Origin: Minisyncoccota bacterium
Lineage (GTDB): Bacteria > Patescibacteriota > Minisyncoccia > Phycocordibacterales > PALSA-1337
Assembly: GCA_041665325.1 (NCBI GenBank)
Contig: JBAYJB010000003.1
Coordinates: 1,502 to 65,501 of the forward strand
DNA length: 64,000 bases
Direction: 5' to 3'
A model generated the notes under the pieces. The model saw nothing but the letters and a program-made list of their open reading frames with translations, was not told where the DNA came from and did no database searches. Position 1 is the stretch's first letter. Each line of letters starts with the position of its first letter. Shown in pieces: positions 7,888 through 16,040 of this stretch. The position numbers were made by a program, and so were the translations under genes.

Positions 7888-9312
7888 ATGACAAATAACG
7901 AGTACATAGCTACCATAGGTCTAGAGATCCACGCCGAATTAAAAACAGCCACAAAGATGTTCTGCGGCTGTAAGAATAACCCCGATGAAGAGAGGCCTAA
8001 CATCAATATCTGCCCTATTTGCCTAGGTCATCCAGGGACATTGCCGGTCTTGAACAAGGAGGCCATCAAACATGTGCTCAAAGTCGGCATCGCCCTCGAT
8101 GGGACATTGGCCGACTTCACCGAGTGGGACCGTAAGAATTACTTCTACCCTGACATCCCCAAGGGCTATCAGATCAGCCAATACAAATATCCACTAGTGA
8201 CTGACGGCAAGCTTGCCGGCGTCGCGCTCGAGCGCATCCACTTGGAGGAAGACACCGCGCAGTCCACGCACGATACGCACGACAAGAGTCTCATCAACTT
8301 CAACCGCTCCGGCGTACCGCTCATGGAGCTCGTGACCAAGCCGGTCATCCACGATGCCGTGACGGCCGTGACTTTCGCCAAGGAGCTGCAACTCCTCCTA
8401 CGCGCGCTCAGCGTCGGCGATGCCAACATGGAGAAGGGCGAGATGCGCGTCGAGGCCAACATCTCTGTTGCATCCCCCACTGACACTGCGGCCGGTAGAT
8501 TCGGCACGAAGACCGAGGTCAAGAATCTCAACTCATTCCGTTCGGTCGAACGCGCGATCGCCTACGAGCTCGACAGGCAGATGAGACTCCTCGAAGCCGG
8601 AGAGAAGGTCGTCCAGGAGACGCGTGGCTGGGATGACGCAAAGAGCGAGACATACTCGCAGAGGAGCAAAGAGAGTTCGCATGACTATCGCTATTTCCCC
8701 GAGCCGGATATCCCGAAGCTCAAGATCTCGGAGATCGCGGAATTTTCCGCGGCCGCTCTCAAGAAAGAAATTCCCGAACTCCCCTGGATCAAGCGCGACC
8801 GATTCAAAAAAGATTACGCCATGACCGACAAGGAGGCGGCGGTCTTCGTCGACTCCCCTGCCTTGGCGGATTACTTTACATCCATAATCAGTAGTTACAA
8901 AACAGACACTAAGAAGATAAAACTGACGATTAATTATTTACTGAACACTCCATTGAAGGAGATCGACACGAAGCCGATAGACATATCGTATGTCGTGGAG
9001 CTTGTCGGCATGGTTGATTCCGGAGAGATCTCTTCATCTGCCGCAAAGGATATAATCGCCATGCTCCATGAGCACCCGGGCAGATCTCCGAGGGAGATAG
9101 CTATAGGAAACAACCTCCTCCAACAGAACTCTGCCGCGGATCTCATTCCTGCCATCGAGAAAGTCCTCACAGACAATGCCGGTGTGGTCAGCGAATATAG
9201 AGGCGGCAAGACAGCTTCCCTGCAGTTCCTGATCGGTCAGGCCATGAAAGCGACAAAAGGGGCTGCGAACCCCGAGATAGTTAAAAAACTATTAGTCGAG
9301 AAGCTAGGCTAG
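7888..9312 (+). CDS. gatB: Asp-tRNA(Asn)/Glu-tRNA(Gln) amidotransferase subunit B.
   Basis: N-terminus YIATIGLEIHAELKTATKMFCGCKNN...NINICPICLGHPGTLPVLN is the GatB signature. 474 aa. Confidence 0.93.
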   Translation: MTNNEYIATIGLEIHAELKTATKMFCGCKNNPDEERPNINICPICLGHPGTLPVLNKEAIKHVLKVGIALDGTLADFTEWDRKNYFYPDIPKGYQISQYKYPLVTDGKLAGVALERIHLEEDTAQSTHDTHDKSLINFNRSGVPLMELVTKPVIHDAVTAVTFAKELQLLLRALSVGDANMEKGEMRVEANISVASPTDTAAGRFGTKTEVKNLNSFRSVERAIAYELDRQMRLLEAGEKVVQETRGWDDAKSETYSQRSKESSHDYRYFPEPDIPKLKISEIAEFSAAALKKEIPELPWIKRDRFKKDYAMTDKEAAVFVDSPALADYFTSIISSYKTDTKKIKLTINYLLNTPLKEIDTKPIDISYVVELVGMVDSGEISSSAAKDIIAMLHEHPGRSPREIAIGNNLLQQNSAADLIPAIEKVLTDNAGVVSEYRGGKTASLQFLIGQAMKATKGAANPEIVKKLLVEKLG

Positions 9313-10272
9313 GGCCTTCACGATCGCTTCTCCGAGCTTCTTGACCGCCGCATCATCTAGGACACTCACTTCGAGGATGTCCTTTCCGAGCTTTTCGAGC
9401 GATCTGCGGGCCGCCAAGGTCGTCTGCTCATCACAAAGGTCAGTCTTGGTCAGCAAAATGAGCTCTTTCTTGTCTGTCAGGCTCTCTCCATACTTCTCGA
9501 GCTCCTTGCGGACGACCTCGTAAGCTTCCAAAACATTGATATTCTCTAATGACACCAGGTGCAAGAGTATCTTGGTCTTCTTGATATGGCGCAGGAACTT
9601 GTGGCCAAGCCCCTTCCCTTCCGAGGCCCCCTCGATCAATCCAGGAAGGTCCGCCAGAATGTATCCGCCCGGGAGGGCGCCGAGGTTGGGGTCGAGTGTG
9701 GTGAATGCATAGCTCCCGACCTTGGCACCGGCGGATGTGAGCGCATTGAGCAAGCTGGATTTGCCGGCATTCGGCAGGCCGATCAAGCCGACATCAGCGA
9801 TCAGAGATAGCTCCACCTTGAAATCAGCCTCATCGCCAGGCAGGCCGGGAGTAGACTGTTCCGGCCGGATGTTGGTCGAGGCCTTGAAGTGTTCATTGCC
9901 CAAGCCACCCTTGCCGCCGTGAAGGATCTTGGCAGTCTCCCCTTCCTGGGTCAGCTCGATGACCCTCTTGGTGTTGGTATTGGTGATGACCGAACCGATC
10001 GGTAGCTCGATGTAGCGGTCCTCTCCCGATCCGCCCTGCCGGCTGAAGTTCGCTCCGGCCTCGCCGTGACCGGCCTCGAAGCTCTTGACCGACTTGTGAC
10101 GGGCTAGGATGTTGATGTCACGCACAGCGCGCACATAGACGTCGCCGCCCTTACCGCCGTTGCCGCCGCCCGGCCCGGAATATTCCTTGCTCTTCTCGTG
10201 GCGCCAACGGACCACGCCGGCCCCGCCGTTGCCGGCTTTCGCATAAAAAGCTATTTCATCGATGAGAGCCAT
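9304..10272 (-). CDS. obg: GTPase Obg/CgtA.
   Basis: Gly-rich Obg fold (FYAKAGNGGAGVVRWRHEK...GPGGGNGGKGGDVYV) followed by a GTPase domain (GLPNAGKSSLLNALT...DLPGLIEGA). Confidence 0.9.
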   Translation of the reverse strand: MALIDEIAFYAKAGNGGAGVVRWRHEKSKEYSGPGGGNGGKGGDVYVRAVRDINILARHKSVKSFEAGHGEAGANFSRQGGSGEDRYIELPIGSVITNTNTKRVIELTQEGETAKILHGGKGGLGNEHFKASTNIRPEQSTPGLPGDEADFKVELSLIADVGLIGLPNAGKSSLLNALTSAGAKVGSYAFTTLDPNLGALPGGYILADLPGLIEGASEGKGLGHKFLRHIKKTKILLHLVSLENINVLEAYEVVRKELEKYGESLTDKKELILLTKTDLCDEQTTLAARRSLEKLGKDILEVSVLDDAAVKKLGEAIVKALA

Positions 10273-10278
10273 GTAGTT

Positions 10279-11331
10279 TTAGTTGCGGCGCAGGGCCAGA
10301 GTCTTGTATATGTCAAGCAAGGCAAAGAGGAAAGCCAGGACCAGCGGCCCAAGAACGAAGCCGATCACCCCGAAGAGGGTGAGGCCGCCGAAGACCGAGA
10401 GGAGGACGAGGAGCGGATGGACCCGGGCTCCACGGCTGACGAAGAGCGGTCCGAGGAGGTTGTCGACGAGTCCGACGGCGATGAGGCTCCAGATGAGGAG
10501 ACCGACGGCATGGGGTGTCGAACCGGTGATAAACATATAGATGATACCTGGGATGAGGACAAGTGATGTACCGATGCCGGGGATGAGAGCTGCCACAGCG
10601 GCCACCGATCCCCAGACTGCCGGATTGGGCACACTGAAGATGGCAAAGCCGACGCCAGTCATGATCCCCTGGATGATCCCGATGGCGATCGAGCCGCCGA
10701 AGATGGCATATATAGTCTGGCGGAGCTTGTGCAGGACCTGCTCGTCATCGGCATCACCGAGCGGCGAGAGTTGGATGATCTGGCGCTTGAGCTCCTGCCC
10801 GTCACGTAGGAAATAGAAGAGTGACAAGAGCATGATGAATACGCCGATAGCCATGCGGGATAATCCATTGAAGACCACGTTGAGATTGTCGAACATCCAT
10901 TCCAGACCATGCGAAATGATGGTGGTGATATTGAAACTGTCGAATGATTGGGCCGGGTAGAGATCGAGGAAGATATGCGAGATCGAAGCCGAGACGCCAT
11001 TTAAGGCCGAGATAGTCTCCGAACGGCCGGACTCGTCTATCAGATAGGCATACATATTCTGGACTTCTACGTATATCTGGCCGGAGATGAGTAGGAGCGG
11101 CACAAGGACGATGACCACCACGACGATGATGGTGAGGAGGGCGGCCAAACTGCTCTTGGGCTTGCCGCCGAAGAAGAGACGGGTGATCCACCTGTACAGC
11201 GGTCCCGATACGACCGCGAGCGCGGCCGCGAGGACGATCGAAGTCAGGAATGGCAGGAACATGACCACGGCCAGGGCGATGACCGCGAGGAGGAGGCCGA
11301 AGAAGAAGTGATTCTTGGACTGTGAAGTCAT
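10279..11331 (-). CDS. AI-2E family (UPF0118/PerM-like) membrane transporter.
   Basis: 350-aa polytopic membrane protein with typical AI-2E family architecture and motifs (…IFGGSIAIGIIQGIMTGVGF…). Confidence 0.75.
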   Translation of the reverse strand: MTSQSKNHFFFGLLLAVIALAVVMFLPFLTSIVLAAALAVVSGPLYRWITRLFFGGKPKSSLAALLTIIVVVVIVLVPLLLISGQIYVEVQNMYAYLIDESGRSETISALNGVSASISHIFLDLYPAQSFDSFNITTIISHGLEWMFDNLNVVFNGLSRMAIGVFIMLLSLFYFLRDGQELKRQIIQLSPLGDADDEQVLHKLRQTIYAIFGGSIAIGIIQGIMTGVGFAIFSVPNPAVWGSVAAVAALIPGIGTSLVLIPGIIYMFITGSTPHAVGLLIWSLIAVGLVDNLLGPLFVSRGARVHPLLVLLSVFGGLTLFGVIGFVLGPLVLAFLFALLDIYKTLALRRN

Positions 11332-11358
11332 ACGGACAGTCTACCCCAGGGGGCCTAT

Positions 11359-11832
11359 TTACTCAACTTCCCTGATATCTTGCTCTATGATCACCGCCGA
11401 ATGAGCCGGGCCTGACGCTTGATCGAAGCGGATCCTGCCTTTGAATCTCTTCCCTTGGAGGAATAGCGGGAACCAGTAAGGATCGTCGCTCCACATGTCC
11501 TTGAATGGGATCTTATCGGAGTCGAACCATTGCGGCCGCATCTCTTCGGTCTCGATCGGGTCGCCGCGATGGCGATCGATCCTATAGATGTGCATCTCGA
11601 TCGATTCCTCGCCATTCTGGAATTCAAAGACGAGCACACCCTGCTCGGTCATGGCCAAGGCTTCGATGCCGCACTCTTCCAGGACCTCCCTCTTGGCCGC
11701 TTCCTCGATGGTCTCATCGGACTTGACCTTACCGCCGAAGCCATTCCAGAGACCCATGCCAAAGCCGCGCTTCTTCATGCCCAAAAGAACTTTTGAGTGT
11801 TCGTGGATCAAACAGAGCGTGGTGACTTTCAT
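11359..11832 (-). CDS. Nudix hydrolase, MTH1/NUDT1-like (8-oxo-dGTP diphosphatase family).
   Basis: Nudix box GKVKSDETIEEAAKREVLEECGI. It resembles human MTH1 over its whole length (VLLGMKKRGFG.G.WNGFGGKV...FEF...EMRP.WF..D.IPFKDMW.DD.YWFPL.LQ.K.F.G...F). Confidence 0.8.
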   Translation of the reverse strand: MKVTTLCLIHEHSKVLLGMKKRGFGMGLWNGFGGKVKSDETIEEAAKREVLEECGIEALAMTEQGVLVFEFQNGEESIEMHIYRIDRHRGDPIETEEMRPQWFDSDKIPFKDMWSDDPYWFPLFLQGKRFKGRIRFDQASGPAHSAVIIEQDIREVE

Positions 11833-12016
11833 AGATGAATATGATTATACACAAATTCAAATAAGGGGATGTTTGGTTATCAGATTCGCGAGCGTGGCGA
11901 GCAAATCCCTCTTTTCATCAAAAATTTCTAAGTCAAAACTCAAAAAGTATGTTCTGGTAGTATGGCCCGGTGATAGATGCCCTTCTTGCTCCTCCAGCGA
12001 AGTGACCACTTTCCGG

Positions 12017-14677
12017 TCACTTCAAGGAAGTTGACGGAAGTGATAGACGCCGGTGTTCTTCCGTATCGAGCGCGCCACACTTCTTGAATTTTTTACCGCT
12101 GCCACAAGGACAAGGGTCGTTGCGTCCCGGGCCATCCGCCGAACCAGCGCCGACGCGTACTGCCGCCTTACCGGAACCATCACCCAGAGTGATATCCTGC
12201 GCATTCTTCTGCACTTCGTTTAGGTCGGATTTCTCGGCCTTAGCCGGTACCCCATTCTGGACAGGCACGATATTCGGCAGGATGCGGGCGAATTGTCCAC
12301 GCATAGCGGCTTGCATCTCCTTGTAGAGACGCAGACCTTCCTTCTTGTATTCAACAAGCGGATCCCTCTGGCCATAGGCACGGAGGTTGACGCTCGAACG
12401 GGTGTAATCCATGACTTCGAGGTGCTCCACCCAATACATATCCATCGTCTGGAGGAGGATGATCCTCACGGCAGCCAGGAATGATTCGCGGCCGAATTCA
12501 CCGACTTTCTTCGTGACCACGGTCTGTGCTTCGACGTCACCTTCGGTCACCATCGTAAGCTGGGCTTCAACTTCATCGAGCGAACCCACCAAGAGAGCGC
12601 GGCGATCCTTGTACACCGTGGTGCGCTGATGGTTGATGACATCGTCGAATTCGAGGACATGTTTGCGCGAGTCGAAGTTGAAACCTTCGATCTTCTGTTG
12701 GGCGCTCTCGAGCGATTTGGAGATCATACCGTGCTCGATCGGCTCATCTTCTGGCATGCCGAGCTTGGTCATCATGGACTTGAGCATGTCGGAAGCAAAG
12801 ACGCGCATCAGCTGGTCCTCGAGCGACACATAGAACTGCGTCTCCCCCGGATCGCCCTGGCGGCCGGAGCGGCCGCGCAACTGGTCGTCGATGCGCCGAG
12901 CTTCGTGGCGCTCGGTGCCGAGGACGAAGAGGCCGCCGGTCCCGCGAACTTCGTCGTATGACTCCGGAGTGTTGGGCGAACCGCCGAGCTTGACGTCTAC
13001 GCCACGACCGGCCATGTTGGTGGCGATGGTCACGGCCCCCTTCTTGCCTGCTTGAGCGACGGTCTCACCCTCGCGCTCGGCGTATTCCGGCTTGGCATTC
13101 AAGATAGTATGCGGGATGCCTTCAGACTTGAGGAATGACGACAGGAGCTCATTCTTCTCGATCGAGACTGTGCCGATCAAGACCGGCTGACCCTTGGCAT
13201 GGAGCTCCTTGACCTTCCTCGAGATGGCCTTGAACTTGCCATGCTCGGTGCGGAAGATCTGATCATTGCGGTCGGCGCGGACCATCGGCCGATTGGTCGG
13301 CACGGTGTAGACATCGAGGCCATAGACCTTGAAGAATTCTTCGGCGGAAGTAGCCGCCGTGCCGGTCATGCCGGACAGCTTCGGGAACATGCGGAAGAAG
13401 TTCTGATAGGTGATCGAAGCATAAGTGCGAGACTCCTGCTGGACTGCGACACCTTCTTTGGCTTCGATGGCCTGATGCAAACCCTCAGACCATCGGCGAC
13501 CGGGCTGGAGGCGCCCGGTGAATTCGTCGACGATGATGATCTCATTGCCTTTGACCACATACTCTTTGTCCTTGTGATATAGGGCCTTGGCGCGGATAGC
13601 GGTCTCCAGATGGTGGACAGACTTGATACCCTTGTCGGTGTAGATATTGTCGATGCTCAGGGCCTGCTCGGCCTTGGTGATGCCGGCTTGCGTCAGAGCG
13701 ATGCCCTTATGTTTCTCATCTACAGTATAGTCGGCCTCCTGTTCGAAGCGACCGACGAGCGTGGCGAACTGCTTGTAAGTGCTCTCGGCATCGCGCATCG
13801 GCGCCGAGATGATGAGCGGCGTGCGCGCCTCATCGATCAAGATCGAGTCGATCTCATCGACGACGGCGTAGTTGAACGGCCGCTGGCGCAGACGGTCGGG
13901 CGCGTACTCCAGGTTGTCGCGCAGATAATCGAAACCGAACTCAACGTTGGTGCCATAGGTGATATCGGCTTCGTAGGCCTCACGGCGCGAGATCGGGCGC
14001 AGGAATTCATGGACGACCTTGAATGAACCTAGGAGGTCGCGCTCTTTATCGAGAGTATCGGTCTGGCTTCCTCCCGGGGACAACAGTACATCCGCTCGCT
14101 CGTCGCTAGCTCCTCCTCGCGGAGTACTGTTCTCCTCTACGGGAGCAGTAATGTGTTTCGAGTCATAGATGAAGCTCGACTCGTGGTTGACGACGGCGAC
14201 CGTGAGGCCGAGGGCGTCGTAGATCTGCCCCATCCAAGTAGCATCGCGGCGGGAGAGGTAGTCGTTGACCGTGACAAGATGCGCACCCTTACCGGTCAGG
14301 GCATTGAGGTATAGAGGGAGCGTCGCCACTAAGGTCTTGCCTTCACCGGTCTTCATCTCGGCGATACCGCCGCTATTCAAGACCATGCCGCCGATGAGCT
14401 GGACGTCGAAGTGTCTCTGACCGAGGGTGCGGCGAGAAGCCTCGCGCACTACAGCGAAGGCCTCAGGAAGGATCTCAGCGAGGATGCGGGCCTCATCTTC
14501 CTTACTCCCGTTCCCCTGCTTCAGACGCTCCTTGAACTCAGCAGTCTTAGCCTTGAGGTCGGCATCCGAGAGCGCCTTCGTGGCCGGCTCAAAAGCATTG
14601 ATCTTGGCGACCAACGGCTCGAATTTCTTGACATTCTGGGTGTGCTGGCCACCCATGAGCTTGGCGAAAAATGACAT
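12017..14677 (-). CDS. secA: Preprotein translocase ATPase SecA. It carries a ~60-aa insertion that includes a palindromic element.
   Basis: MSFFAKLMGG...KFEPLVAKINAFEP start, DEAD motor motifs, ...AYEADITYGTNVEFGFDYLRDN, and a C-terminal zinc motif CPCGSGKKFKKC. I place the start at the Met 21 codons into the listed ORF. Confidence 0.93.
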   Translation of the reverse strand: MSFFAKLMGGQHTQNVKKFEPLVAKINAFEPATKALSDADLKAKTAEFKERLKQGNGSKEDEARILAEILPEAFAVVREASRRTLGQRHFDVQLIGGMVLNSGGIAEMKTGEGKTLVATLPLYLNALTGKGAHLVTVNDYLSRRDATWMGQIYDALGLTVAVVNHESSFIYDSKHITAPVEENSTPRGGASDERADVLLSPGGSQTDTLDKERDLLGSFKVVHEFLRPISRREAYEADITYGTNVEFGFDYLRDNLEYAPDRLRQRPFNYAVVDEIDSILIDEARTPLIISAPMRDAESTYKQFATLVGRFEQEADYTVDEKHKGIALTQAGITKAEQALSIDNIYTDKGIKSVHHLETAIRAKALYHKDKEYVVKGNEIIIVDEFTGRLQPGRRWSEGLHQAIEAKEGVAVQQESRTYASITYQNFFRMFPKLSGMTGTAATSAEEFFKVYGLDVYTVPTNRPMVRADRNDQIFRTEHGKFKAISRKVKELHAKGQPVLIGTVSIEKNELLSSFLKSEGIPHTILNAKPEYAEREGETVAQAGKKGAVTIATNMAGRGVDVKLGGSPNTPESYDEVRGTGGLFVLGTERHEARRIDDQLRGRSGRQGDPGETQFYVSLEDQLMRVFASDMLKSMMTKLGMPEDEPIEHGMISKSLESAQQKIEGFNFDSRKHVLEFDDVINHQRTTVYKDRRALLVGSLDEVEAQLTMVTEGDVEAQTVVTKKVGEFGRESFLAAVRIILLQTMDMYWVEHLEVMDYTRSSVNLRAYGQRDPLVEYKKEGLRLYKEMQAAMRGQFARILPNIVPVQNGVPAKAEKSDLNEVQKNAQDITLGDGSGKAAVRVGAGSADGPGRNDPCPCGSGKKFKKCGALDTEEHRRLSLPSTSLK
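14071..14148. repeat. ~75-bp imperfect palindromic element, copy 1, embedded in-frame in secA (second copy at 47226-47305).
   Basis: ctcccggggACAACAGTACATCCGCTCGCTCGTCgctagcTCCTCCTCGCGGAGTACTGTTCTCctctacgggag. The arms GACAACAGTACATCCGC and GCGGAGTACTGTTCTC are reverse complements. The second copy is >85% identical outside a short central segment. Confidence 0.75.
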
Positions 14678-14724
14678 ATGTGGAGCCACTCTATCACATT
14701 TGGCCCTAACGGGCCATGAATTTG

Positions 14725-15750
14725 CTAATTCACCCACTCCACTTCGCCGGTCACTTCCACTCCGGTCTTCTCCTTGACTCTGTTCATCAATTCTTGGGCC
14801 AGGTTGACTACGTCGGCGGCAGTCGATCCGGGCTTGGCCACGATGACCAAGGCCTGCTTCTCATAGACGCATACGCCGTCGAGGCAGAGATCTTTGGCGT
14901 GGCAGACATTGTCCAGGATCCAGCCGAGTGAGAGCTTGATGCGGCCGTCGGGCTCCGGATATCCGGGAAGATCGGGATACGCCTTCTTGAGCTCATGCCA
15001 CTTGTCGATGGTGATGGTCGGATTCTTGAAGAACGACCCTGCTGTACCCCAAAGCTTCCAATCCGGCAGCTTGTGCCAGCGGATATCGATGACGGCCGCG
15101 CGGATATCCCGCGGCGTCGGGTTCGCGACCGGCGGCGTCTTGCGCTTGAAATAGTCATCGACATCGCGATATCTGGTATTGACCTCTCCCTTAGCGCTCA
15201 AAGAAAAATTCACGCGGGTGATGACATAACGGGCGCGGTCTTCCTTGAAAACCGAATCACGGTAGGCAAAATGGCAATCTTGATTGTTGAGCTCGCGATA
15301 TTGTGAGGTCTGGCGGTCGAGGACGCGTACCGACACGATCGTGTCGGAAGCTTCCGTGCCGTAGGCGCCGATGTTCTGCACCGGCGCGGCGCCAACCGTG
15401 CCGGGAATGGCCGAGAGATTCTCCAAGCCATAGAGGCCGCGCTCAACGGTCTCCTCGACTAGCTCATCCCACATCTCACCGGCCGCGGCCGAGACGATCG
15501 TCCTATCCCCTTCGGTCCGGTATGTGACGCCGCGAAGCTCGATCTTGATGACGAGGCCAGGGAATCCCTTGTCGGAGATGAGGATATTTGACCCGCCGCC
15601 TAGAATGAAGACGCGCAGCTTCTTCTCGCTCGCGAAGGCCAGAGCCTTGAGCAATTCATCCTCGGTCGAAACATGACAAAAAAAGCGGGCTGATCCCCCG
15701 ATTTTGAATGTCGTATATTGTGCCAAAGCGACGTTTTCCTGAATATTCAT
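14725..15750 (-). CDS. murB: UDP-N-acetylenolpyruvoylglucosamine reductase.
   Basis: MNIQENVALAQYTTFKIGGSARFF...FILGGGSNIL is the FAD-binding MurB signature. Start placed at Met14 of the listed ORF. Confidence 0.88.
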   Translation of the reverse strand: MNIQENVALAQYTTFKIGGSARFFCHVSTEDELLKALAFASEKKLRVFILGGGSNILISDKGFPGLVIKIELRGVTYRTEGDRTIVSAAAGEMWDELVEETVERGLYGLENLSAIPGTVGAAPVQNIGAYGTEASDTIVSVRVLDRQTSQYRELNNQDCHFAYRDSVFKEDRARYVITRVNFSLSAKGEVNTRYRDVDDYFKRKTPPVANPTPRDIRAAVIDIRWHKLPDWKLWGTAGSFFKNPTITIDKWHELKKAYPDLPGYPEPDGRIKLSLGWILDNVCHAKDLCLDGVCVYEKQALVIVAKPGSTAADVVNLAQELMNRVKEKTGVEVTGEVEWVN

Positions 15751-15765
15751 ATGTTTGTACCAACT

Positions 15766-15826
15766 GACGGCGACGGGTGCGAGCTCCAAATATAATGTCT
15801 ATAATGTGAGTACAGCCGTCGCCGTC
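15766..15826. promoter_or_regulatory. Perfect 11-bp GC-rich inverted repeat (GACGGCGACGG ... CCGTCGCCGTC) enclosing a 39-nt AT-rich loop with two tandem TATAATGT boxes.
   Basis: Seen in sequence between the murB start and the stop of the upstream O-antigen-ligase-like gene: gacggcgacgggtgcgagctccaaaTATAATGTcTATAATGTgagtacagccgtcgccgtc. Confidence 0.4.
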
Positions 15827-15889
15827 ACTTGGTGCAATCTACTCTCATTATATGCTCGGTTCCGGAATCCGCAAGTATGACGCTCCATG

Positions 15890-15916
15890 ACGCAAAAGGC
15901 CGCCAGAGGCGGCACT
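15890..15916 (-). terminator. Possible intrinsic terminator for the minus-strand gene ending at 16041.
   Basis: Reverse complement reads gtgccgcctctggcggccttttgcg: a GC stem followed by CTTTTGC. Confidence 0.25.
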
Positions 15917-16040
15917 TTGCGTAGACATTTTTGGAGAGTGCCCACACTGGGTACTCACCAAGACAATATAGCATAAATGACCATAAAAAGCAAGTCTCGT
16001 CTGTCGATAGACAGTGGATAACCGATCCCCTGTCTTGCCC

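Noticed and set aside
10198-10566. Plus-strand ORF encoding an acidic E/D-rich 122-aa peptide.
   Set aside because: It lies antisense within the AI-2E transporter gene and has a low-complexity composition. It is spurious.
14050-14160. Possibility that the secA palindrome marks an intein, group II intron or IS insertion.
   Set aside because: At ~75 bp it is far too short. The ORF stays intact and in frame, and no endonuclease, RT or transposase motifs are present.
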